Assembly (NCBI GenBank): GCA_965247615.1
Contig: OZ252022.1
Location: 789,233 to 821,232 of the forward strand
Length of the DNA: 32,000 bases
Origin: Dehalococcoidia bacterium
GTDB taxonomy: Bacteria > Chloroflexota > Dehalococcoidia > Lucifugimonadales > UBA1127
Direction: 5' to 3'
A program made the translations under genes and the position numbers. The notes under the pieces were generated by a model, which saw only the letters and a list, made by a program, of their open reading frames with translations, was not told where the DNA came from and made no database searches. The first letter of the stretch is position 1. Every line of letters begins with the position of its first letter. Below, piece by piece: positions 17,824 through 25,961 of the stretch.

Positions 17824-19161
17824 CTACTTGCCGGGCTGCACCTGTCCGTAGCCCGCCAGCTTCGTCTTCGTCTCCTCCGGCGTCGCGGCCCCTGCGTTCT
17901 TGGCCCGCTCCTGCGCAATGGGGCTGTACTTCACCGCCCGCCCCGTCCCGACGCCGCCCGTGCGCCTCGGTATCGCGCCGTCACCCCGCTCGCGGTAGCC
18001 CTTGCCCTCCTGGCTCTCCGCCGGAATCCGGTTGCAGATGTTCGACGCCGGGTCTCGGAACGTGTTCATCGGGTCCCCGCCGTCCTCCACGATCCGCATC
18101 TGCTCCCGCAGCAGCCGCCGGTACAGGATGATCCCCTTGTCCGACTCCCCCAACCGCTCCAGCCACCGCGTCGAGACCGGCCCCTGCGACATCCACGCCA
18201 TGTTGTCCTGGCCGCTGTTGTTGTCCAACACCTCCCAGATGGGCAGGCCCCGCTCGTCCACCCCCGGCAGCGGCACCTCGTACAGCGGGATCTCCTCCGG
18301 CGCCTGCTCCGGCGCCGTCTCCCCCGCCGGCATCTCGTGCACGTTGTACCACCAATACAGCGTGTGCGTGTCGTCTATCGGCACGCGTATCTGGTCCAGC
18401 CGCAGTATGTTGGGGAACACAATCGGGTGGCCGACGCGCCACAGCGGGCTCGTCTCGTCATCCCCCTCCAGCACGCGGCGCTTGATGATCCCGTACTCGA
18501 ACACGTCGAAGCCAATCTTCGTGTGACGCCTCACGTTCCCCTTGTTGCGCCAGTACCTCCCCTCCTGCTCTCCCTTGCCCAGCCGCTCGATGACGTAGTT
18601 CGAAAAGACCTGGTGCAGGTGCTCAACGTGCACCGGGTCCAGCGAGTTCTCCATGATCTGCATCCAGTTGCACGGAAGGACCGCCCAGCCGATGTCCCGC
18701 TGCACGTTGTCCTTCACAAACGCCTCCCAGTGGGGCACCAGGGGCCTCGGCTCCGGCCCCAACCAGGCCCACACCATGCCGCCCAGCTCCTCCACCGGGT
18801 ACGACTTGGCCGTCACCCGGTCCTTGAACGTGCTGTCCGGCGCCTCCGCCGGCATCTCCAGGCACTGCCCTGTCTCGTCGAACAGCCACCCGTGGTACGG
18901 GCAGCGCAGCCCGTGCTCCTCCGGGATGCCGTACAGCAGGTTCACCCGGCGGTGCGGGCACGATTCCTGAATCAAGCCCAGCGTCCCGCTCCGGTCCCGG
19001 AACAGCACCAGGTCCTCGCCCAGCAGCCGCACCGCCTTCGTCGGGTTCTCCTTCAGCTGCGACAGCGCGGCGATGGGCTGCCAGTAGCGCCGCATCAGCT
19101 CTCCCATCGGCGTGCCGGGGCCAACCTCCGTCAGCATCTGGTTCTGTTCCTTCGTCAGCAT
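17824..19161 (-). CDS. Rieske [2Fe-2S] non-heme-iron oxygenase, alpha-subunit type (paralog 2)
   Basis: MLTKEQNQMLTEVGPGTPMG... with CPHRRVNL...CPYHGWLF. CAGGAGA SD. Lies 34 nt upstream of paralog 1. Confidence 0.85.
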   Translation of the reverse strand: MLTKEQNQMLTEVGPGTPMGELMRRYWQPIAALSQLKENPTKAVRLLGEDLVLFRDRSGTLGLIQESCPHRRVNLLYGIPEEHGLRCPYHGWLFDETGQCLEMPAEAPDSTFKDRVTAKSYPVEELGGMVWAWLGPEPRPLVPHWEAFVKDNVQRDIGWAVLPCNWMQIMENSLDPVHVEHLHQVFSNYVIERLGKGEQEGRYWRNKGNVRRHTKIGFDVFEYGIIKRRVLEGDDETSPLWRVGHPIVFPNILRLDQIRVPIDDTHTLYWWYNVHEMPAGETAPEQAPEEIPLYEVPLPGVDERGLPIWEVLDNNSGQDNMAWMSQGPVSTRWLERLGESDKGIILYRRLLREQMRIVEDGGDPMNTFRDPASNICNRIPAESQEGKGYRERGDGAIPRRTGGVGTGRAVKYSPIAQERAKNAGAATPEETKTKLAGYGQVQPGK

Positions 19162-19230
19162 AGGCGTCTCCTGGCATGAAATACCGACGGATGCGATGCG
19201 GGACCATCATGCCGGCCGTCGATTAGCGCT

Positions 19231-19258
19231 AGTATAGCGCGGCCCCCGCCGCCGTCAA
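19231..19258 (-). promoter_or_regulatory. Near-consensus sigma70 promoter for the Rieske operon (TTGACG-N16-TATACT)
   Basis: The minus strand reads TTGACG (19253-19258), a 16-nt spacer, then TATACT (19231-19236). The -10 is embedded in the inverted repeat GCGCTA-GTA-TAGCGC (19226-19240). Confidence 0.55.
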
Positions 19259-19344
19259 GACGACGCGCGCCCCCGCGCGACGAGTATCGCCACCGCCCCG
19301 CATACCTGCCGCGCCGGATTCCACCATCGGCCCTCCAATCGAGA

Positions 19345-19362
19345 CCTCACGCCGGCGTGAGG
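19345..19362. repeat. Perfect 18-bp palindrome CCTCACGCCGGCGTGAGG
   Basis: Its reverse complement is identical to itself. It lies in the divergent region between the Rieske operon promoter and the DNA methyltransferase gene. Confidence 0.9.
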
Positions 19363-19510
19363 CCGCGGTGGGTTGAGGACCGCCTGTGTGCCCGCGCGGC
19401 ATGTATTGACCGAGTTCGTTTCGCCAAGAAAGCTCTCGGTAGCGCGACGCATGACACCCGGGACAGTTGCTGCTATCCTCTCTGCTGTCATCCCAACATG
19501 ACGGGGGCGC

Positions 19511-20389
19511 ATGAGCACCAGCACCATCTACCTTGGCGATAATCTGAAGATTCTGCGCGGAACGCCATCGGAGTCTTTCCCTCTCATCTACATCGACCCC
19601 CCGTTCAATACAGGGAAAGTTCAGGCCAAGACACGCCTGCGAACGACTCGGGATGCAAACGGCGATAGGACCGGGTTTCAGGGGCAGCGCTACCGGACAG
19701 AGAAGGGCGAAACGCTCTCGTTCGTTGACGTGTTTGACGACTACCTCGCGTTTCTCACGCCGCGCTTGGAGGAGGCCCACAGGCTTCTCACTCCAACCGG
19801 CTCGCTCTATTTCCATATCGACTATCGGGAGGTCCACTATTGCAAGGTGCTCCTCGATAGAATCTTTGGGCGGGACAGCTTCCTGAACGAGATAATCTGG
19901 GCCTACGATTTCGGAGGTAGGTCGAAGCGCCGTTGGCCGGCGAAGCACGACAATATCTTGGTCTATGCAAAAGACCCTGAGCGCTACACGTTCAATACTG
20001 ACGCAATAGACCGAATCCCCTACATGGCTCCTGGACTGGTTGGACCGGACAAGGCGGCGCGGGGCAAGCTGCCCACGGATGTCTGGTGGCACACAATAGT
20101 CCCCCCTGGCGGCAGGGAAAGCACAGGCTACGCCACGCAGAAGCCCCTGGCTATCATGAAGCGCATCATAGCGGCTTCATCGAATCCGGGGGATGTTGTG
20201 ATGGACTTCTTTGCCGGCAGCGGTACGACCGGGATGGCCGCCCGTCAGCTTGGTAGAGCATTTATGCTCATAGACAACAATGAGGAAGCATTGAAGGTAA
20301 TGGCCAAGCGATTTGATGGTCTGCCGGACGTCCGGTTTATTGACTTCGACCCGACGCCCTATCAATCAGGCCATCTGGTGTTGGCCTGA
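19511..20389 (+). CDS. Beta-class (motif IV before motif I) N6-adenine/N4-cytosine DNA methyltransferase, solitary
   Basis: DPPF (motif IV) at 19595-19606 and FFAGSGTTG (motif I) at 20207-20233. Visibly lower GC than the neighbours. No adjacent endonuclease ORF. Confidence 0.85.
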   Translation: MSTSTIYLGDNLKILRGTPSESFPLIYIDPPFNTGKVQAKTRLRTTRDANGDRTGFQGQRYRTEKGETLSFVDVFDDYLAFLTPRLEEAHRLLTPTGSLYFHIDYREVHYCKVLLDRIFGRDSFLNEIIWAYDFGGRSKRRWPAKHDNILVYAKDPERYTFNTDAIDRIPYMAPGLVGPDKAARGKLPTDVWWHTIVPPGGRESTGYATQKPLAIMKRIIAASSNPGDVVMDFFAGSGTTGMAARQLGRAFMLIDNNEEALKVMAKRFDGLPDVRFIDFDPTPYQSGHLVLA

Positions 20390-20444
20390 CACAAGTACAG
20401 CGCAGATCAATGATCAGAAGTTCGCCGGCTCGTTGGACCACAAG

Positions 20445-20466
20445 CGACATCGCTCACTCGATGTCG
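20445..20466. terminator. Hairpin in the convergent gap between the methyltransferase and cinA (possible bidirectional terminator)
   Basis: 8-bp stem CGACATCG / CGATGTCG with the loop CTCACT. There is no clear U-tract; TTGTGG follows on the minus strand. Confidence 0.35.
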
Positions 20467-20494
20467 TGCAACCCACGCCCACAAAGCTGTCGCG

Positions 20495-21727
20495 CTAGCG
20501 ACCACGCAGCGCCGCCATTACCTGCAGCAGCGCCTGCGTCACCGCCCGCCGCTTCACCAGCGGTCGGCGCGGCGGAAAGCGCATGCTCCCGCTTGTGCCG
20601 CCGCCCTCCCACGCCACGCCCACGAACACCGTGCCCGGGTCCACACCGTCGGCGGGCTCCGGCCCAGCCACGCCCGTGACCCCCACCCCCAGGTCTGCGC
20701 CAAGCTGCTCACGCGCCGCCCGCGCCATCTCCGCGGCTGCGGCGGCGCTCACCTCTCCGTGCTCCTTCAGGACAGCCCGGTCCACCCCGAATGCCCCGCC
20801 GGCGCTGGGCTGGTACGCCACGATGCTGCCCAGAAAGAAGTCGGAGCTGCCCGGTACGTCGCTGATCAGGCTCGACAGCAGGCCCCCCGTGCACGACTCC
20901 ATCGCCGCCAGCGTCAGCCCCTCCTCCCGGAGCCGTGCCCCCACCTGGCCCTCCGCCGTGTCGCCGTCCACCCCCCAGATGGAGGGCCCCAGCGCCTCCC
21001 GGATCTCCCGCTCCACGGGCTCGATGAGCTTCAGCGCCGCCGCCTCCGTCGGCGCCCGCGCGATCACCCGCAGGTGTATCCCGTCCTGCCGTGCGTAGAT
21101 GCCCAGGTACGGGTTTTCCTTGTTGAACAGGTGCTCCACCGTGTCCCCCGCCGCGGCTTCCGACAGCCCAAAGGTCTTCAGCGTCCGCGAGAGGATGATC
21201 GTGCCCGTCGCCCGCTCCCGCAGGCGCGGCGCCACCTGGTGCTCCCACATGTGCTCCATCTCAGAAGGCACGCCCGGCATCGTCACGATGGTCCGCCCAC
21301 CCTTCTCCGCCCACCAGCCCGGCGCCGTCCCCATCGGGTTGCGAAGCACCGCCGCCGACGCTATTCGCTCCGCCTGCTGGATGTTCCCCGCCGGCATGGG
21401 GCCCGCGTTGCGGGAGCGAAAGTTGGCCTCCAGCTCCGCCAGCAGCTCCTGGTCGATCTCGACCTCCTCCCCCAGCACCTCCGCGATGGCGTGGCGCGTC
21501 ATATCGTCCTTGGTGGGGCCCAGCCCGCCCGTGACGAAGATCATCTCAGAGCGGCCCAAACCCCGCTCCAGGGACTCCGTCAGCTCCGCCATCTCGTCCC
21601 CTACGATGCTGATCGCGTGCAGGTCCACTCCCAGCGCGGGCAGCCGGCTGGCGATGTGCGCCGAGTTCGTGTCTACAATCTCGCCCATCAGGATCTCAGT
21701 GCCGAATGCCAGGATCTCTGCGCGCAT
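20495..21727 (-). CDS. cinA: CinA-family protein (MoCF-binding domain plus PncC-type NMN deamidase domain)
   Basis: MRAEILAFGTEILMGEIVDTNSAHIA..., FVTGGLGPTKDDMT and the C-terminal ESCTGG motif. Length 410 aa. Confidence 0.9.
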   Translation of the reverse strand: MRAEILAFGTEILMGEIVDTNSAHIASRLPALGVDLHAISIVGDEMAELTESLERGLGRSEMIFVTGGLGPTKDDMTRHAIAEVLGEEVEIDQELLAELEANFRSRNAGPMPAGNIQQAERIASAAVLRNPMGTAPGWWAEKGGRTIVTMPGVPSEMEHMWEHQVAPRLRERATGTIILSRTLKTFGLSEAAAGDTVEHLFNKENPYLGIYARQDGIHLRVIARAPTEAAALKLIEPVEREIREALGPSIWGVDGDTAEGQVGARLREEGLTLAAMESCTGGLLSSLISDVPGSSDFFLGSIVAYQPSAGGAFGVDRAVLKEHGEVSAAAAAEMARAAREQLGADLGVGVTGVAGPEPADGVDPGTVFVGVAWEGGGTSGSMRFPPRRPLVKRRAVTQALLQVMAALRGR

Positions 21728-21788
21728 ACGAGGCCCCTTCCCGTCAAGCTGTCACGGAGTATAGGGTGCCCCCGGCTGAGAGGCAAGG

Positions 21789-21813
21789 CGTAGGGGCGCC
21801 CCTCGTGGGTGCC
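21789..21813. repeat. REP-like hairpin element, copy 1 (CGTAGGGGCGCCCCTCGTGGGTGCC)
   Basis: Stem GGCGCCC / GGGTGCC around the loop CTCGT. It matches 25728-25752 at 23 of 25 positions. In shadow ORFs it translates as the '..EGRPY..' string typical of this repeat class. Confidence 0.7.
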
Positions 21814-21842
21814 CTCACCCGTTGTCGCGCCAGCGACCCGCG

Positions 21843-21871
21843 TTGACACCCCCCACCCTCGACCGTACAAT
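21843..21871 (+). promoter_or_regulatory. Near-consensus sigma70 promoter (TTGACA-N17-TACAAT) for the Gfo/Idh/MocA gene
   Basis: TTGACA at 21843-21848, a 17-nt spacer, TACAAT at 21866-21871, about 40 nt upstream of the ATG at 21910. Confidence 0.6.
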
Positions 21872-21909
21872 TGCGCCTACTCTCAATCGGTCGTCAAGGG
21901 GGTATCTCC

Positions 21910-23130
21910 ATGACCAGCAGCAGCCCACCTACCCTGCGCGTCGGCATCGCCGGCGTGGGTGGCGGCGCCAGCCAGATGGTCCCCGCCTTCCAGCGCCACG
22001 GCAACATCAAGATCACCGCCGCCGCCGACGTTGACGACGACGTCCTCGCCCGCTTCAAGCGCGACCTGGAGGGCGAGACCTATCGCAGCGTCGAAGACAT
22101 GTGCAAGAGCCCCAACGTAGACCTCGTCTACGTCGCCACCCCCAACCAGTTCCACACCGAGCACGCCCTCACCGCCCTCGACCACCACAAGCACGTCCAC
22201 CTGGAAAAGCCCATGACCCTGAACATGGAGGAGGCCCAGACCATCGTCAACACCGCCGAGCGCAACGGCCTCCAGCTCACCGTCAACGTCAAGCACAGCT
22301 TCGAGCCGCGCATCCAGAAGATCAGGGAGATCGTCCGTGGCGGCGAGCTCGGCAACCTGCGCATGATGCACAACTGGTTCTACAACGACTGGCTCTACCG
22401 GCCCCGCGTCGCCGAGGAGCTCGACCCACGCCTCGGCGGCGGCGTCGTCTGGCGCCAGGGCCCCCACCACTTCGACATCATCCGCACCATCGGCGGCGGC
22501 ATGCTCCGCAGCGTCCGCGCCATGACCGGCCTCTGGGACGACACCCGCCCCGTCACCGGCGCCTTCGCCGCCTTCCTCGAGTTCCAGGACGGCGCCGCCG
22601 CCACCTCTGTCTACAACGGCTACGACCGCTTCCACTCCAACGACCTCGTCTTCGACGTCGGCGAGCCCTACCAACCCCCGGACACCGCCTCCTACGCCCG
22701 CGCCCGTAAGTCCCAGCGCCAACGCGGCGCTGACGCCGAGGTCGAGGCCAAGCGCGCCAACCGCTACGGTGGCGGCAACGCCCCCGCACCCGCCGGTCAG
22801 ACCCCCACAGCCGCCGCCCGTAGGCCCACCGGCGCCTACATCCTCGGCGGTCCCGAGGTGATAAGCCTCGACCTCGCCGACATCCGCCTCACTCCCGCGG
22901 GCATCATGGTCTACGGCCCCGACGACCGCTACGAGATCGACCTCACCAGCGACCGCGATGGCCGCGACGGCATCATCGCGCAGGTCTACAACGGCATCGC
23001 CCACAGCCGGCCCCCAACCCCCGACGGCCGGTGGGGCATGGCCACCCTGGAGGTGCTGCTCGCCGTCAACCAGTCGGGCGCAGAGCACCGCGAGGTGCTC
23101 CTCTCCCACCAGGTTCCCTCCAAGGACTGA
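21910..23130 (+). CDS. Gfo/Idh/MocA-family NAD(P)-dependent oxidoreductase
   Basis: Internal ATG (MTSSSPPTLRVGIAGVGGGAS..) with AAGGGGG SD. Rossmann-type N-terminus, EKPM motif (HLEKPMTL), and an unusually long C-terminal half. Confidence 0.85.
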   Translation: MTSSSPPTLRVGIAGVGGGASQMVPAFQRHGNIKITAAADVDDDVLARFKRDLEGETYRSVEDMCKSPNVDLVYVATPNQFHTEHALTALDHHKHVHLEKPMTLNMEEAQTIVNTAERNGLQLTVNVKHSFEPRIQKIREIVRGGELGNLRMMHNWFYNDWLYRPRVAEELDPRLGGGVVWRQGPHHFDIIRTIGGGMLRSVRAMTGLWDDTRPVTGAFAAFLEFQDGAAATSVYNGYDRFHSNDLVFDVGEPYQPPDTASYARARKSQRQRGADAEVEAKRANRYGGGNAPAPAGQTPTAAARRPTGAYILGGPEVISLDLADIRLTPAGIMVYGPDDRYEIDLTSDRDGRDGIIAQVYNGIAHSRPPTPDGRWGMATLEVLLAVNQSGAEHREVLLSHQVPSKD

Positions 23131-23170
23131 TCCCGCTCCCCCGGAGCGGCGGCCACCCCCGCAAGAAAGC

Positions 23171-23202
23171 GAAGAGCGGCTGCTCATGAGCAGCCGCTCT
23201 TC
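23171..23202. terminator. Strong bidirectional terminator hairpin
   Basis: Perfect 15-bp stem GAAGAGCGGCTGCTC / GAGCAGCCGCTCTTC with a 2-nt centre. It is flanked by AAGAAAGC (T-rich on the minus strand) and TCCTATTCGCTCTTC, in a convergent gap. Confidence 0.7.
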
Positions 23203-23263
23203 CTATTCGCTCTTCAGCGCCGCCGTGCGCTCGCCCGGCGACCCGGCCCATCGCTCAGGCGGC

Positions 23264-24334
23264 CTACTGCCACCTGGCGAAGCACCACCCGCCGCCCGTG
23301 CCCGCCGGTGAACGGTACACCGGCACGTACTCCAGCAGCTCCATCTCCAGGTGCTCCACCGTCGCCGATGCCGCAATCCAGTTCTGTATCTCAGACGCCG
23401 CCGAGTTCAGCTGCCGCCGCGGCAGCGACCCCAACAACGCTCCGTCCCGCTCCCGCATCCCCTTCAGCGCCAGCTGGTCCACCTCCTCGTCCACCACAAA
23501 GTGGCTCAGCCCCCCGGATCCCACCACGCACACCCGCTTGTCGCTGTCCCAGGACTTCACCGCCTCGCCGATCGCCTTCCCCAGCGCGTACGACCGCCGC
23601 GGCGTCGGCTGGTTCGGCGGGTAGCACGTGTTCTGGAACACCGGCACTATCGGCACCGTCTTCCCGTTCATGATCCGCCGCACGATGAACGCGAACCCGT
23701 GCGGCAGCCCCTGCCGCCGCGGCTGCGTCGTCCGCGTGAAGACCGGCTCATGCCCGTTCCCTTCCCTCTGGTACCAGCGCGACACGTCCCCGCCGTACTG
23801 CTCCTTCACCTCGCAGAAGTGCGCCACGTCGAACCCGCCGTCTATCAGCGACTCTATGAGGTGCAGCCCCAGCGCCGAGTCCACCGGCACGTCCATCTCC
23901 ACGTCCCCGTAGCCCCACATCGAGTGCCGGTACGGTGACGTGGACCCCTCCGGCATCCGGTTCGGGATGATTGGTACGCTGTTGCCCCAATATATGGCGA
24001 AGGACGGCATCACGTGGTCGAAGAACCACTCGTCCTGGTCGTCGCTGATGATGACCACCACGTCCGGGTTGGCGTCCGCCATCGTCTGCTCCAGCGTCGC
24101 GATGGCCTTCTGGCACGCCTCGTACTGCCCGTCGAAGCGCTCCTGCGTCAGCAGCCCGGCAATCTTCGGGTCCGCCTTCGCCAGCACCTCCTCGTACGTC
24201 GCCGAATACCCGGTGCTCGGGTCCACGATGTCCGTGTTTCTCTTGTCGCCCTCCTGCGGCAGCGACCACATGTCCGGCGCCAAGCTCAGCATCGGGCTGT
24301 GGGATGTCCCGATTCCCAGCACTATCTCGGCCAT
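23264..24334 (-). CDS. Class III extradiol ring-cleavage dioxygenase (LigB family)
   Basis: MAEIVLGIGTSHSPML is the N-terminal His motif of the family. Also DVVVIISDDQDEWF and GSGGLSHF. GAGGAGGAG SD. Confidence 0.8.
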   Translation of the reverse strand: MAEIVLGIGTSHSPMLSLAPDMWSLPQEGDKRNTDIVDPSTGYSATYEEVLAKADPKIAGLLTQERFDGQYEACQKAIATLEQTMADANPDVVVIISDDQDEWFFDHVMPSFAIYWGNSVPIIPNRMPEGSTSPYRHSMWGYGDVEMDVPVDSALGLHLIESLIDGGFDVAHFCEVKEQYGGDVSRWYQREGNGHEPVFTRTTQPRRQGLPHGFAFIVRRIMNGKTVPIVPVFQNTCYPPNQPTPRRSYALGKAIGEAVKSWDSDKRVCVVGSGGLSHFVVDEEVDQLALKGMRERDGALLGSLPRRQLNSAASEIQNWIAASATVEHLEMELLEYVPVYRSPAGTGGGWCFARWQ

Positions 24335-24390
24335 TCTCTCCTCCTCTGCTGGCGCCTTCGGCGCCCTCTTGATGTTGACGTAGCCTTCCC

Positions 24391-24470
24391 CCTACCGTCG
24401 TTCCCACCCCCCTCGCCGTCGTTCCCGCGAAAGCGGGAACCCAGGGGCGGGGTTCCACGCCGGAACGAAC
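24391..24470. repeat. Composite intergenic repeat/hairpin element
   Basis: Direct repeat CCGTCGTTCCC at 24395-24405 and 24416-24426. Hairpin GTTCCCGC-GAAA-GCGGGAAC at 24421-24440. Second hairpin GTTCC-ACGCC-GGAAC at 24452-24466. It translates as the '..SFPRKRE..' string typical of such repeats. Confidence 0.65.
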
Positions 24471-24556
24471 CGCCTCACATTCACGCCCTCCACGACCCCG
24501 CAACCCTCCCCTACATGGCCGTCGCGCCAGCGACCTGCCGCCCAGTGTAGCGCAGT

Positions 24557-25561
24557 TTAGCTGCCGGCGCCAACGGAAAGGTGCGAAAACACCTTGCGCG
24601 CATTCCCCTCGAAGAGCTTCTGCTTGTCTTCGCCGGTGAGCCACTCGATCTCGTCCACGTATCGCTTCGTGTCGTCAAACGACTTCCCGGTGTCCGGATC
24701 GATGGCGTTGGCCGCCCCCACAAGCTCGGAGGCAAACAGCACGTTGTCGACCCCCACCGCCCGGATCAGCGTCTCCACCGCCTCCTTGCTGTAGATCGCC
24801 GTGTCGTAATACAGCTTGTGCATCGCATCCTCGAAGGGGCCCAGCCGCTCTCTGATGAACTGCGCCCGGTACCTCGCTATCTGGTACGGCATCGCGCCGC
24901 CCCCGTGGGGGACGATGAGCTTCAGCGTCGGAAAGTCCTCGAACACCCGCGACGTCAGTATCTGCACCACGGAGGCCGTGTCCCCGTTTATGTAGTAGGT
25001 GCCCGTCGAGTGCAGCGCCGGGTTGATGGACGAGCTCACATGCACCATCGCCGGCACGTCCAGCTCCACCAGCTTCTCGTACAGCGGGTACCACCACTCG
25101 TCCCCCAGCGACGGCGATACACCCATGCCGCCGCTCGGGTCCGGGTTCAGGTTGCATCCCACGAAGCCGAACTCCGTAACGCACCGCTCCAGCTCCTCGA
25201 TGCAGTTCCTGGGATTGACCCCCGGCGACTGCGGTAGCTGGCACACGCCCGTGAGCCTGTCAGGGTAGAGCTGGCACGCCCGGTGGATCAGCTCATTGCA
25301 CGTCTCCGTCCAGTACCGGCTCACCAGCTCCGTCCCGAAGTGGTGCCCCATCGATCCCGCCGTGGGCGAAAACAGCAGATGGTCCGTGCCCCGCTCCGCT
25401 ATCAGCTTGAGCTGATTGTTCTCCAGGGCGGTCTGGATCTGCTCATCGGCGATGCCCGGGTTTCCCTTGGCTGGCCGGCCCAATCCGGAGATCTGCCGCC
25501 CGCGGTAGGCCTGCAGCGGCGTCGGCGCCGTCGTGAAGTGCGAGTGTACGTCGATAATCAT
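24557..25561 (-). CDS. Amidohydrolase-2 family enzyme, LigJ (4-oxalomesaconate hydratase)-like
   Basis: MIIDVHSHFTTAP.., WYPLYEKLVELDVPAMVH, DFPTLKLIVPHGGGAMPYQ, IDPDTGKSFDD and FEGNARKVF. This pattern matches LigJ as I recall it. The specific function is inferred. Confidence 0.75.
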   Translation of the reverse strand: MIIDVHSHFTTAPTPLQAYRGRQISGLGRPAKGNPGIADEQIQTALENNQLKLIAERGTDHLLFSPTAGSMGHHFGTELVSRYWTETCNELIHRACQLYPDRLTGVCQLPQSPGVNPRNCIEELERCVTEFGFVGCNLNPDPSGGMGVSPSLGDEWWYPLYEKLVELDVPAMVHVSSSINPALHSTGTYYINGDTASVVQILTSRVFEDFPTLKLIVPHGGGAMPYQIARYRAQFIRERLGPFEDAMHKLYYDTAIYSKEAVETLIRAVGVDNVLFASELVGAANAIDPDTGKSFDDTKRYVDEIEWLTGEDKQKLFEGNARKVFSHLSVGAGS

Positions 25562-25670
25562 CGTTGCCTCTCTGGCGCAGTCTGGGCTGAATTCTGTTCA
25601 CACGGCGCCTCGCCCAGGCGCGGCGAAGCCGATGCCTGCCGGCGCGTGCGTTGCCCTGCGCACTGCCCGT

Positions 25671-25698
25671 ATGGTACGACAGAGACCGGGCTTGTCAA
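25671..25698 (-). promoter_or_regulatory. Near-consensus sigma70 promoter (TTGACA-N16-TACCAT) for the LigJ-like/LigB-like genes
   Basis: The minus strand reads TTGACA (25693-25698), a 16-nt spacer, then TACCAT (25671-25676), about 110 nt upstream of the ATG at 25561. Confidence 0.5.
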
Positions 25699-25727
25699 TC
25701 CTGCCTTCACCGCCGCCGTCGCCGTAC

Positions 25728-25752
25728 CGTAGAGGCGCCCCTCGTGGGCGCC
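25728..25752. repeat. REP-like hairpin element, copy 2 (CGTAGAGGCGCCCCTCGTGGGCGCC)
   Basis: Perfect 7-bp stem GGCGCCC / GGGCGCC with the loop CTCGT, in the same orientation as copy 1. Confidence 0.7.
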
Positions 25753-25763
25753 AGCCCTGTCCC

Positions 25764-25961
25764 CTACTCTCCAAGCGGCCGCAGCGCGATGTGCCAGTAG
25801 TGGAGGTACTCCGTGTGCGGCGCTCCGTCCAGGCACAGCAGCATCGCCGCGTCCTTGAGATGGTCCCCGCACACCAGGCGGTGTCCGCCGCCGTCCTCCT
25901 CGTCGCAGAGTATCCAGGCCTCGTACTCCGCGCGCTGGGCGCAAAACACACAGTTCATCAC
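25764..25961 (-). CDS. Hypothetical 65-aa Cys/His-rich small protein (possible zinc-binding)
   Basis: Product is MMNCVFCAQRAEYEAWILCDEEDGGGHRLVCGDHLKD.. with CxxC ... C ... CxxH spacing. GC3-rich codons match the host bias. A GAGGG-type SD is present. I recognise no family. Confidence 0.4.
   Translation of the reverse strand: MMNCVFCAQRAEYEAWILCDEEDGGGHRLVCGDHLKDAAMLLCLDGAPHTEYLHYWHIALRPLGE

Noticed and set aside
16536-17918. N-terminal extension of Rieske paralog 1 (MRRSGPRTQGPRRRRRRRRSW...)
   Set aside because: The extension overlaps the 3' end of the upstream paralog and is poly-Arg. The internal ATG at 17789 has a perfect AGGAGG SD and aligns with the N-terminus of the paralog (ML[ST]KE.N..LT.VGPGTPMG).
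13488-19179. Very long plus-strand ORFs (13488-14933, 16966-19179, and similar ones at 21883-23187 and 27451-28458 on the minus strand)
   Set aside because: These are typical high-GC antisense shadow ORFs. They are extremely rich in Arg, Pro, Ala and Gly, show no domain signatures, and each lies opposite a gene with clear family motifs and an SD.
19229-20092. 287-aa ORF antisense to the DNA methyltransferase gene
   Set aside because: It has no recognisable motifs and an Arg/Ser/Pro-rich composition. It lies fully inside a gene with clear methyltransferase motifs on the other strand and begins in the upstream intergenic region without an SD. I treat it as a shadow ORF.
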